Shown: positions 13,500 through 22,184 of the stretch, piece by piece
Layout of the letters: each line of letters opens with the position of its first letter
Position numbering within the stretch: position 1 is the stretch's first letter
Origin: a virus
Length of the DNA stretch: 42,364 bases
IMG/VR virus record: IMGVR_UViG_3300020160_000949
Span: 1-42,364 of that record
Reading direction: 5' to 3' (one strand)
Notes under the pieces: model-generated
The model's database searches: none
Told to the model about the DNA's origin: nothing
The model's input: only the letters and a program-made list of their open reading frames with translations
Program-made: the position numbers and the translations under genes

Positions 13500-14189
13500 A
13501 TGTCTTGGATTCGATTACATCGGCAAATAAAGTCAAACTGGATATGGCAAGACCCTAAAAAGTTTCAATGGTGGATAGACGTTCTACTAACCGTCAACCA
13601 CGCAAAACAAAAAGTTTTAATAAAAGGTAAGCTGATAGATTGCGGTCGTGGACAATCCGTCAAAAGCCTTGACAGTTGGGCATCTGACTGGAAAACCACC
13701 AAAAAGAGTGTCGCCAACTTCCTAAAACTGTTAGAGAAAGACCACATGATACGCATAGAAAACGTCACGGTTAGTACACGGATAACTGTCTGTAAATATG
13801 ATAGTTATAACGGAGTGGTACACGCACACGACACCGCACACGACCACGCACAGGAAACGCACACGACACCGCACAGGGTTACGCACGGTAAACGCACACT
13901 ACCCCCAAACAATAATAATAAAGAAGATAAAGAAAGAAAAGAAGAAAATAATAGCGAACGCTTTTTGCGTTTTTGGGATTTTTACGACAAGAAAGTTGAC
14001 CGTGACAAATGTTATAAAAAGTTTATGCAACTAACGGAAGATGAAATTGCGGAAATCAAGGCGACCTTACCCCACTACATCAAATCGACACCCGACCCGC
14101 AATACCGAAAGAATCCGCTAACGTACCTCAACGGCAAATGCTGGAAAGACCACACACCACCACCCACAAAAACTGAAATGGTTTACTGA
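13500..14189 (+). CDS. Replication initiator / replisome-organizer-like protein
   Basis: N-terminus W..D...F.WW..LL..N........G.....RGQ...S...LA (winged-helix replication-protein pattern). His/Thr-rich linker. C-terminus FLRFWDFYDKK...YLNGKCWKD. Lies directly upstream of the primase-helicase. Confidence 0.6.
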   Translation: MSWIRLHRQIKSNWIWQDPKKFQWWIDVLLTVNHAKQKVLIKGKLIDCGRGQSVKSLDSWASDWKTTKKSVANFLKLLEKDHMIRIENVTVSTRITVCKYDSYNGVVHAHDTAHDHAQETHTTPHRVTHGKRTLPPNNNNKEDKERKEENNSERFLRFWDFYDKKVDRDKCYKKFMQLTEDEIAEIKATLPHYIKSTPDPQYRKNPLTYLNGKCWKDHTPPPTKTEMVY

Positions 14190-15931
14190 TGAAAAACTTT
14201 GAACAACTCGGAATCAAGATACCCAACGGTGTAACGGGTAATGTCAAGGTTATTTGCCCGTCATGTACACCTCACAACCGTAAGCCCGAAAACAGGAATA
14301 GTAAGGACTTATCGGTGAACATCGACAAGGGCGTTTGGAATTGCCACAACTGCGGGTACAATGGCAGCCTGTATGAGAAACCTGAAAAGACATACACCAT
14401 ACCGCCAAAGGTTACATTGCCATTGACCGAAAAGACTATCAGCTACTTTAAGTCAAGGGGCATTAACGAAATCACGCTAAAGCATTTCCAGATAACCGAA
14501 AAAAAGGAATGGATGCCACAGGTGAACGGTGAATCAAACTGCATACTATTCCCGTACATCAAAAACGGTCAATGGGTGAACGTGAAATACCGTGACGGTC
14601 ACAAAAACTTTAAGTTAACCAAAGACGCCGAATTAATACTTTTTAACATAGATGGCATAATCGGTCAAAAGCGGATTATCATAACCGAGGGCGAAATTGA
14701 TGCAATGAGCGTTTTTGAGGCAGGATTTACCGCTGTTTGCTCTGTACCGAATGGTGCAACGAAAGGAAACCAGCGTTTAGACTATCTAAACGCCTCATGG
14801 TGGGCATTTAACGAAGCGGATGAGGTAATCATAGCAACGGACAATGACGAGGCAGGAATAGCCCTTAAAAACGAATTATCCCGTAGGCTCGACCGTTCCC
14901 GTTGCCGTGAGGTGCGTTATCCCGATGGATGCAAGGACATGAATGAGGTTTTGGTGAAGTACGGAACGGCTAAAGTGGGTGAACTTATCAACGACTGCAT
15001 ACCGATGCCAGTTGAAGGTATATATCGGCTCGTTGATTTCATGTATGAGTTGGATAACGTATATGAAAACGGATTTGAACGGGGCGTTACGGTTGGTTAT
15101 TCCGACTTTGACGAACTGCTTAACTTTTCAGGCGGTCAACTGACTATGATAACGGGTGTACCGAATAGTGGAAAGTCTGCGTTCCTTGACCAGTTACTTA
15201 TTCGATTGGCAGAAAAACACGCATGGCAAATCGGGATATGCTCCTTTGAGAATCAACCTATGACCCGTCACGCTGTTAATCTTTCATCGGTGTACACGGG
15301 TAAGCCGTTCTACAAACAGAACGGGCGCATGACGGTGGATGAGTTCAACCACGCAAAGCAGTTCCTACATGACCATTTCTTTTGGTTTAAGATACGAAAT
15401 GAGGATGTATCGCTTGAAGGAATCCTAAATCGTGCAAGGCAGCTTGTAAAAGCCTACGGAATTAAGTCGCTTGTCATTGACCCGTACAACTACATCGAAC
15501 ATAAGCGACCATCACACATGACGGAAACGGAATACATATCGCTATGTCTGACCGAGATTTGCAACTTTGCAAAGGACTACGACATTCACATTTTCCTTGT
15601 TGCTCACCCGACCAAGATTAAGAAAAACCCAGTCACAAAGGACTTTGAAGTTCCGACATTGTACGACATTTCAGGGTCGGCTAACTTCTTCAACAAGACA
15701 GATAATGGATTCACCGTGTACCGTGACAGAGCTACAAACAAAGTGACGGTGTACATGCAAAAGGTGCGTTTTTTCTTTAACGGCAAAATAGGTTACGCTG
15801 AATTTGCATACGATACGTTTTGTGGCAGGTACAGACCGTTCAATGAACCAGTTATGCCAATGCCAGACAATCCCCGTGCAGGCTTCCAAAACCGTTCGCT
15901 ACCCGACTTTGAGGAGGATGAGCCGTTTTAA
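14189..15931 (+). CDS. Bifunctional DNA primase / DnaB-family helicase (T7 gp4-like architecture)
   Basis: Zn finger CPSC...CHNC. TOPRIM IIITEGEIDAMS...IATDNDEAG. Walker A GVPNSGKS. FLVAHPTK helicase motif. Confidence 0.9.
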   Translation: MKNFEQLGIKIPNGVTGNVKVICPSCTPHNRKPENRNSKDLSVNIDKGVWNCHNCGYNGSLYEKPEKTYTIPPKVTLPLTEKTISYFKSRGINEITLKHFQITEKKEWMPQVNGESNCILFPYIKNGQWVNVKYRDGHKNFKLTKDAELILFNIDGIIGQKRIIITEGEIDAMSVFEAGFTAVCSVPNGATKGNQRLDYLNASWWAFNEADEVIIATDNDEAGIALKNELSRRLDRSRCREVRYPDGCKDMNEVLVKYGTAKVGELINDCIPMPVEGIYRLVDFMYELDNVYENGFERGVTVGYSDFDELLNFSGGQLTMITGVPNSGKSAFLDQLLIRLAEKHAWQIGICSFENQPMTRHAVNLSSVYTGKPFYKQNGRMTVDEFNHAKQFLHDHFFWFKIRNEDVSLEGILNRARQLVKAYGIKSLVIDPYNYIEHKRPSHMTETEYISLCLTEICNFAKDYDIHIFLVAHPTKIKKNPVTKDFEVPTLYDISGSANFFNKTDNGFTVYRDRATNKVTVYMQKVRFFFNGKIGYAEFAYDTFCGRYRPFNEPVMPMPDNPRAGFQNRSLPDFEEDEPF

Positions 15932-16053
15932 CATCACCATGTTACTACGATGTTACCGATGTTACTTCGCACCTTCACCGAATGGGAGCAGGTGATTCAG
16001 GACTGTATCGAATAATTTTTGGCAATACCAAACAACACCCGTATCTTTGGGGT

Positions 16054-16548
16054 ATGGCGGAATTAAGCAATCCAAAATATGAAGCGTTTTGTCAGGAGTA
16101 CATGAAAGACCTAAACGGTACACAGGCGGCAATACGTGCAGGTTATAGCGAAAAAACAGCAAATGTTACTGCTTCAAAGATGCTAATCATTCCTAACATT
16201 CAGGAACGTATTAAAGAATTGCAACAAGAGAGGCAGGAAAGAACACACATTACAGCCGACATGGTTATTGCTGAACTGGCTAAAGTTGCGTTTCACAACG
16301 TTCAGGACTTCGTTAACGGAGGTAATTCAATACTTGAACTGAAGCACTTGGAACGTGAAAAAGTTGCGTCTGTATCGGCCGTAAAGACCACAATAAAAGC
16401 CGATGGAGACATTGTGAGTGAGATTAAGTTTCACGACAAGATAGCAGCATTGGAAAAACTTGGCAGGCACTTAGGCGTATTCGAGAAAGACAACAAACAA
16501 AAAACCGACATAACCGTTAAACGTATCGGATTTGAATCGGATATATAA
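16054..16548 (+). CDS. terS: Terminase small subunit
   Basis: LSNPKYEAFCQEYMKDLNGTQAAIRAGYSEKTANVTASKML is the classic P27-type TerS N-terminus. Start trimmed to the ATG at 16054. Confidence 0.85.
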   Translation: MAELSNPKYEAFCQEYMKDLNGTQAAIRAGYSEKTANVTASKMLIIPNIQERIKELQQERQERTHITADMVIAELAKVAFHNVQDFVNGGNSILELKHLEREKVASVSAVKTTIKADGDIVSEIKFHDKIAALEKLGRHLGVFEKDNKQKTDITVKRIGFESDI

Positions 16549-18001
16549 CCCGAAACTATTTAACCCACTTTTCTGGCACATATCGGAGGCGTTACGTGAC
16601 CCTTCGATACGCTACATACTTGTTGAGGGTGGTTCATCAGCAGGTAAGACGCATACCATGTGTCAGGCATTGTTGATGGATATGTACCAATTTGAGTACA
16701 GCACAATGGTATTCAGGCGGTTCCACGTTGACATATTCGATAGTGTTTATAAGTCGTTTAAGACCGCCTCACGTGGATTAGACTTTGGCGATTACTACTA
16801 CTTCCAGCAAGACCACATAAAGAGCAACGATGATAAAGCATCGGTTCGTTTCAGGGGATTAGATGATGAAGAGAACATTAAGGGCATGGAGGACATTAAT
16901 GTCGTGTACCTGAATGAGTTTAACCAGTTCTCGGAAAAGCAATGGGATCAGCTAAAGAAACGTCTAAGGGGCAAGCCGAACCAAAAGTTTATCTGCGACT
17001 GGAATCCCGTTTCGGCAGAGTTGTGGCAGTATAAGTCGTACATCGATTTAGATACGTGGGTTGATTTGCCGCTATTCACACAACAGCAGTACAGTAACTT
17101 AGATGCTGAATACTCGTTTGTACGAAAGAACACCAAAGGCGATACGCTATGGATTAAAACAACGTACCGTGATAACTTTTGGGTAGTAGGACACCCATCT
17201 GGGAAAGGCGGGTTCTACGATGAGCATACGTTGGCAACTTACGAATTCGACCGAATACATAAGCCTAACCAGTACCGTATCTATGCGAACGGTGAACGTG
17301 GTGTGATTAGAACAGGCGGTGAGTTTTGGAAAGAGTTTAATGAAGTTGAGCATGTGAAGTCGTGCAAGTACGAACAAAACCACACGGTACACGTATCGTG
17401 CGACCAGAACACAGCACCGTATGTTACGTTATCCATTTGGCAGCCGATTGACTACCGATTAAGGCAGATACATGAGTTGCCATGCCGTGCACCTGACAAT
17501 AACGCGCCACGTTCAGCGCGCGTGTTAGCGTCATGGTTGCGGAGTGTCAACTATCGTGATGTGGTGTATATTTACGGTGACCCATCAGGAAACAACAGGG
17601 GGACAATCGACTACAATAGTAGTTCGTTCTTTGATAAGTTTGCACAAGAGTTACGGGATGAGGGGTACACTGTTTCCATGCGTGTGGCTAAGGCACATCC
17701 AGAAGTTGCGCTATCGGCGGCATACATAAACGAGATTTATCAGTACGGGAAAGACGGGTATAGTATTGAGATAGGCGAGCATTGCAAGGTGAGTATTGAC
17801 GACTACCAAAGCGTACAAGAGGATAAGAACGGTACAATGCTTAAGACTAAGGTAAAAGACAAAGAAACAGGTAAAACCTACGAACCAAACGGGCACTACT
17901 CGGATGCAAAAAGGTATTTTATAACTTCGTACCTCGACAGGGAGTTCAGGCAATACAAGGTTAGAGGAAATAATTTTGTTCCGATTGCAGTAGATTATTA
18001 A
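16532..18001 (+). CDS. terL: Terminase large subunit
   Basis: Walker A GGSSAGKT, Walker B-like VVYLNEF, about 490 aa, overlaps the terS stop. The apparent TTG start leaves the start codon uncertain. Confidence 0.88.
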   Translation: MNRIYNPKLFNPLFWHISEALRDPSIRYILVEGGSSAGKTHTMCQALLMDMYQFEYSTMVFRRFHVDIFDSVYKSFKTASRGLDFGDYYYFQQDHIKSNDDKASVRFRGLDDEENIKGMEDINVVYLNEFNQFSEKQWDQLKKRLRGKPNQKFICDWNPVSAELWQYKSYIDLDTWVDLPLFTQQQYSNLDAEYSFVRKNTKGDTLWIKTTYRDNFWVVGHPSGKGGFYDEHTLATYEFDRIHKPNQYRIYANGERGVIRTGGEFWKEFNEVEHVKSCKYEQNHTVHVSCDQNTAPYVTLSIWQPIDYRLRQIHELPCRAPDNNAPRSARVLASWLRSVNYRDVVYIYGDPSGNNRGTIDYNSSSFFDKFAQELRDEGYTVSMRVAKAHPEVALSAAYINEIYQYGKDGYSIEIGEHCKVSIDDYQSVQEDKNGTMLKTKVKDKETGKTYEPNGHYSDAKRYFITSYLDREFRQYKVRGNNFVPIAVDY

Positions 18002-18009
18002 TATATTTG
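18002..18009 (+). promoter_or_regulatory. TATATTTG (-7 type box) 4 nt upstream of the portal ATG
   Basis: Sequence TATATTTGCATTATG; same spacing as at the antisense lipoprotein gene. Confidence 0.35.
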
Positions 18010-18013
18010 CATT

Positions 18014-19720
18014 ATGATACTACCATTGACGGGGGAATATTCAGTCACTTCAATACTTCGGGACAGACCGAATAAAAAATACGTGCAAGAGGTTAAGGAC
18101 TACACATGGAAGTTAACAATGCACATGACAGGTAAGGGACTCGATAGGGCGATTAAGCAATTCGACTACTACGAAAGTTACCGTCTATTGTTACTAAGGC
18201 AGCAATATTCACCGTCCAATGAAGACTTCTTTGCTCGTTTACATCGCCCAGTTGATAAAGTCTTTAGCGCAAAAGGCGGAAGCGTCAATTACATACTTCC
18301 TGACGGGAAAAAGAAACAGTTTATAGGCAAATTACAGGACGTTAGACATGGCTACTCACTACGTAAGTGGGTTGAAACGTTTTGGATGCCTGCTTTGTTC
18401 TATGACCCGATGGGAATCGTGTTGATGGAGATAGAAGATGGCAAGTGTTACCCTACGTATAAGTCAGCCGAAACGATACATGAGATGCCAAAGCCGAAAG
18501 GACGGCATTTTGACTGGCTTATATTCAGCGTTGATAAAAAAGACGCTACTACATTTGGTGACGTAAACAACACACTAATATCCAATGGCGGGTATTACCG
18601 TGTGATTGACGATGAATCAGACCGTCTTATTAAATGGGATGGCGGTTCAGCAACGGTAATTGAGGAACAGAGTTATGAAAACTACTTCGGCAAAGTTCCA
18701 GCCGCAACAATCGGTAACCAATGGGACGCTATACATGAACGCATGGCAAGCCCAGACGATGCCATTATCCCGATTGCAGACCAGCACCTACGTTCACGGT
18801 CTGTATTGGTAATGTTTGAGTTACACCACGGGTTCCCGTTGAACTGGCAATACGCTACACCGTGTCCGACATGCAACGGAACTACTAAGGTTACAAGCGA
18901 TACGTGTCCGAGTTGTAACGGTACGGGCAAGGATAGTAAGAAAGACGTAAGCAAGATGATATTGCTACCGTTCCCACGTAGCAAGGATGAACCCGTGTTG
19001 ACCGTGCCGGGCGGTAGTGTTGACGCACCTATTGACTCATGGCAGGAAATGAAACTGACCATAGACCAGCAGTACAAAAACGCTCACTATTGTGCATGGG
19101 GAACTCATCAGATTGAGGATAGCAGCCACGAAACGGCAACAGGAAGGTTTATAGACGTGCAGCCTGTTAATGACAGGTTGGCTAAGTTTTCAGACGCAGC
19201 CGAGTGGATGGAGTCATGGATTACAGACATGATGGGTGAGTTTTATTACGGCGACACATACGGGGGTGCTGAAATAAACTTAGGTCGCAGGTTCCTGATT
19301 GAAACACCAGACGCAATTGCTGATAAGCTGCAAAAGGCAATTAAGGATAAAATGTCCTATTCGTACCTGAAAAATATGTACTTCCAATGGGTAGATAGCG
19401 AGTATAGCGGCGATGAGATGATGCGGTTAAAACTGACAATGGAGTTTAAGTTAGACCCCGCTCCGTTTATGTCGATTAATGAGGCAAAGCAGGCGTTTAT
19501 CAGCACACGTGACTATCAGCGTAAATTGTATTTCGGGGAATGGTTGGAAACATTGCCAGATAATTGGTATATAATGTATAAATTTGATGCGCTAAAGGCG
19601 ATGTTTGATGAGTGGGTAGATGAAAGGATAGACCAGCAAGAGGATGAACAAGAAGAAGAAAGTGATGTGGAGCAGGAAACAGAAATGGAAACTGAGGACG
19701 TACAAACAGAAAAAGACTAA
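18014..19720 (+). CDS. Putative portal protein with an internal CxxCxGxG x2 zinc-finger insertion and an acidic C-terminal tail
   Basis: Position immediately after terL and size of 568 aa. CPTCNGTTK...CPSCNGTGK. C-terminus DQQEDEQEEESDVEQETEMETED. Confidence 0.6.
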   Translation: MILPLTGEYSVTSILRDRPNKKYVQEVKDYTWKLTMHMTGKGLDRAIKQFDYYESYRLLLLRQQYSPSNEDFFARLHRPVDKVFSAKGGSVNYILPDGKKKQFIGKLQDVRHGYSLRKWVETFWMPALFYDPMGIVLMEIEDGKCYPTYKSAETIHEMPKPKGRHFDWLIFSVDKKDATTFGDVNNTLISNGGYYRVIDDESDRLIKWDGGSATVIEEQSYENYFGKVPAATIGNQWDAIHERMASPDDAIIPIADQHLRSRSVLVMFELHHGFPLNWQYATPCPTCNGTTKVTSDTCPSCNGTGKDSKKDVSKMILLPFPRSKDEPVLTVPGGSVDAPIDSWQEMKLTIDQQYKNAHYCAWGTHQIEDSSHETATGRFIDVQPVNDRLAKFSDAAEWMESWITDMMGEFYYGDTYGGAEINLGRRFLIETPDAIADKLQKAIKDKMSYSYLKNMYFQWVDSEYSGDEMMRLKLTMEFKLDPAPFMSINEAKQAFISTRDYQRKLYFGEWLETLPDNWYIMYKFDALKAMFDEWVDERIDQQEDEQEEESDVEQETEMETEDVQTEKD

Positions 19721-19740
19721 CTAAAACAAAACAATAAACT

Positions 19741-20103
19741 ATGGCAAGACCAAGAAAAGAAGTGCCTGAGACGAATTTCGTTGAGACACCAACCGAAAAG
19801 ACGTACAAGAAGTACAACAAGTACACATTGGAAGTAACGCCAGTAATGACCGAAAAAAGAGGCGAGGGTAAGCGATTCAGCCACCACATCGGGCGTATCG
19901 TTGAGATATTAAAGAAGCCCGGCATTGCGTCAACAAACATAGCAGTTGACCCGATCGTAGCCGAAAGAATGAATATCCAATGGCACAACACAAAGTACTA
20001 TATGTTCCCTGTCGGTGAGCGTGTACCTGCTGCGATTAAGCGTGAGTACGGTGATGATGTGGAAGTTAACGGCGGATGGAAAGACACATTTATTTACGAA
20101 TAA
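19741..20103 (+). CDS. Hypothetical head-module protein (120 aa)
   Basis: ORF between portal and scaffold. Confidence 0.55.
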   Translation: MARPRKEVPETNFVETPTEKTYKKYNKYTLEVTPVMTEKRGEGKRFSHHIGRIVEILKKPGIASTNIAVDPIVAERMNIQWHNTKYYMFPVGERVPAAIKREYGDDVEVNGGWKDTFIYE

Positions 20104-20115
20104 AACCAAACAGAC

Positions 20116-20916
20116 ATGATAAGCAAACAAGACATTATTAAGTTAGGAAAGAAGTTAGGCGTAGACCTTAGCGAACAAGTGGACGCAGAAGAGGAAGTGA
20201 GTATTGAGATACCTGAAGTTGTTGTACTAACGCCTGAGGGTAAAAAGAAGCTCGAAAAGGAAAAGTACGAAGAGGGCAAGACGACAGGCGTAGAGATAGC
20301 CGTAAAAGAGGTAAAGCAGGCTAAGGGGCTTGACTTTAAAGGCAAAGGACTTGAAGACCTTGTCAGCCATTTGGAAGCGAAAACGGGCGATGATGGCAGG
20401 TTGAAGAAACTGCAAGATAACCTGACAGCGGCAGAACAAAGGGCATTGGCAGCAGAACAACGTGCAGAGATGATTGAGATCGAGACCGAGGCACTTAACG
20501 CTATTCCTCAAGAATATGCAGGGCTTAGTAAGAAAGAACTGAAAGCATTAGCGGCTGCAAACGGGTTGGAATTGAAGAAAGAGGACGGCAAGTTAGTGCC
20601 ATATCGTAACGGTCAGCGAGTGCGTGATGAGCGTACTCAGGATGATTTAGATGCGGCAACGGTGTATAAATCGTTTTTTGAGGTTGAAAAGAAACTGTCA
20701 GTACCAACCCAGTCGGAACCGCCTGCACCACGTGGAAGGGGTGGCGATAATAAGCCGCCAACAGGTAGCAAGATAGTGACAAAGCGTAGTGAGATTGAAA
20801 AGGCATGGAAGGAGTCGAACCCAGACAAAAGCATCATGGGTCAAGACTATGCGAGTCACTTTGCGGCTAAGATGAAAGAGATGAAAGAGGCGGGGCAGGC
20901 AGTAGAAATGGATTAA
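20116..20916 (+). CDS. Putative scaffolding protein
   Basis: Charged, helical, coiled-coil-like sequence (LTAAEQRALAAEQRAEMIEIETEAL). Lies between portal and capsid genes. Confidence 0.5.
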   Translation: MISKQDIIKLGKKLGVDLSEQVDAEEEVSIEIPEVVVLTPEGKKKLEKEKYEEGKTTGVEIAVKEVKQAKGLDFKGKGLEDLVSHLEAKTGDDGRLKKLQDNLTAAEQRALAAEQRAEMIEIETEALNAIPQEYAGLSKKELKALAAANGLELKKEDGKLVPYRNGQRVRDERTQDDLDAATVYKSFFEVEKKLSVPTQSEPPAPRGRGGDNKPPTGSKIVTKRSEIEKAWKESNPDKSIMGQDYASHFAAKMKEMKEAGQAVEMD

Positions 20917-20975
20917 CTAAAACTACACAATCATGGCAAAAGGAAAGAAAAAAGGCAAAATGTGCTAAACGGCAA

Positions 20976-21008
20976 AAGCCACTTGTTAATTCAAGTGGCT
21001 TTTTTTAT
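20976..21008 (+). terminator. Rho-independent terminator
   Basis: AAGCCACTTG-ttaatt-CAAGTGGCTT followed by TTTTTTATTTT. Confidence 0.8.
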
Positions 21009-21053
21009 TTTCGCAGCATGGAACAGTTAATGATAGATTATTCAGAAATGCCG

Positions 21054-21061
21054 TATATTTG
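21054..21061 (+). promoter_or_regulatory. TATATTTG -7 type promoter box
   Basis: Exact TAnnTTTG between two terminators. Confidence 0.45.
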
Positions 21062-21093
21062 CATGAGTGGTTTTGAGTGTTAAACATTGGGGG

Positions 21094-21124
21094 GCTCCCT
21101 GTTTTTACAGGGGGCTTTTTTATT
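21094..21124 (+). terminator. Rho-independent terminator
   Basis: GCTCCCTG-ttttta-CAGGGGGC (one G.U pair) followed by TTTTTTATTT. Confidence 0.7.
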
Positions 21125-21138
21125 TGCGGGGTATTGTG

Positions 21139-21146
21139 TATATTTG
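21139..21146 (+). promoter_or_regulatory. TATATTTG -7 type promoter box
   Basis: Exact TAnnTTTG about 90 nt upstream of the ATG at 21239. Confidence 0.45.
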
Positions 21147-21238
21147 CACTGCAAGGTTTTTATGGAATTTATCCGATGATGGTGGGGCGGCAACCTCGCC
21201 ATTGTCATTTTTTTATTTCGGATAAAGTAGTATATTGC

Positions 21239-21448
21239 ATGACAATGACCACCACATTCACACACCCGTCCGACAGCGCACCCGACACGTTTAAGTACAG
21301 CCTTGAGCGGGCATGTAGAATCATGATGCAGGGTAACATTACGATGCAGTTTGAATCTCACACGTTTGTGCATGGTGGGTATGTTTACCAGTATAGTATC
21401 GAACGGGTGGGAGATAATGAGTTTGAAGTTAAAGCGGAGAAGATATGA
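21239..21448 (+). CDS. Hypothetical protein (69 aa; start trimmed to MTMTTTF)
   Basis: The upstream part of the 123-aa track ORF runs through terminator and promoter sequence. Confidence 0.5.
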   Translation: MTMTTTFTHPSDSAPDTFKYSLERACRIMMQGNITMQFESHTFVHGGYVYQYSIERVGDNEFEVKAEKI

Positions 21449-21744
21449 AACAACGAGAACGAAAGTATTTAGCCGAACATAAACAGTTAGTGAAGTGGTA
21501 TGATTTGGTTAAAGCGAATGTGTATAAAATAGACAACATAGGCAACGGCACAGCTATGGCGCACCATTACAACATGCAGCAATACAAAATACGGTGTATC
21601 ACCCGAATTAATGATGATACCGTAACACTCTTGTTTGACAAAAAGGATTTGCGTAAATTGCGCAAACTACCCGTACCTGAAATAACGCTTGCGCCACCAT
21701 CAGTAATAACAGCAGAACCGTATTTTAAACCACAAACAATATGA
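21445..21744 (+). CDS. Hypothetical protein (99 aa)
   Basis: ATGA overlap with the upstream ORF. Confidence 0.55.
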   Translation: MKQRERKYLAEHKQLVKWYDLVKANVYKIDNIGNGTAMAHHYNMQQYKIRCITRINDDTVTLLFDKKDLRKLRKLPVPEITLAPPSVITAEPYFKPQTI

Positions 21745-21992
21745 GCACAATACACACAGCCATGACGGGCAAAACGGATAGTTTAATAGATGAGGTGAGG
21801 GAGAGTGAGGATAGGGATGTAAACTTCGTTAAAGCATCTGTAAACGGGCAGCTAAGTATGCACGAGGATGTTAGATTCAAAGAATCAATGAACCTTATGG
21901 AATCCGAACTACAACGCCAACGGGAACACCCCGAAACAATGGACACAATACACCCAGACTACATGCGCATGGTCGTACATCAGATGGATTAA
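21741..21992 (+). CDS. Hypothetical protein (83 aa), acidic
   Basis: ATGA overlap with the upstream ORF. Confidence 0.55.
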   Translation: MSTIHTAMTGKTDSLIDEVRESEDRDVNFVKASVNGQLSMHEDVRFKESMNLMESELQRQREHPETMDTIHPDYMRMVVHQMD

Positions 21993-22022
21993 TTACCTCT
22001 TTCATATCACAGTACGTTTCAT

Positions 22023-22052
22023 AGTTCCTGTTTCTACGGGAACTTTTTTTTG
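22023..22052 (+). terminator. Rho-independent terminator
   Basis: AGTTCC-tgtttctacg-GGAACT followed by TTTTTTTT. Confidence 0.7.
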
Positions 22053-22184
22053 TTTATTCAAATTAGTGTCATAATTTTACATCGGAACCCAAGATAGTGC
22101 GGTTCCAAGTCCTACCCGAGCAAGACGCTGCTCAAAGTTATTTGCCCAGACACGAGGCAGTTATTTTATTCATTCTTTAAAACA

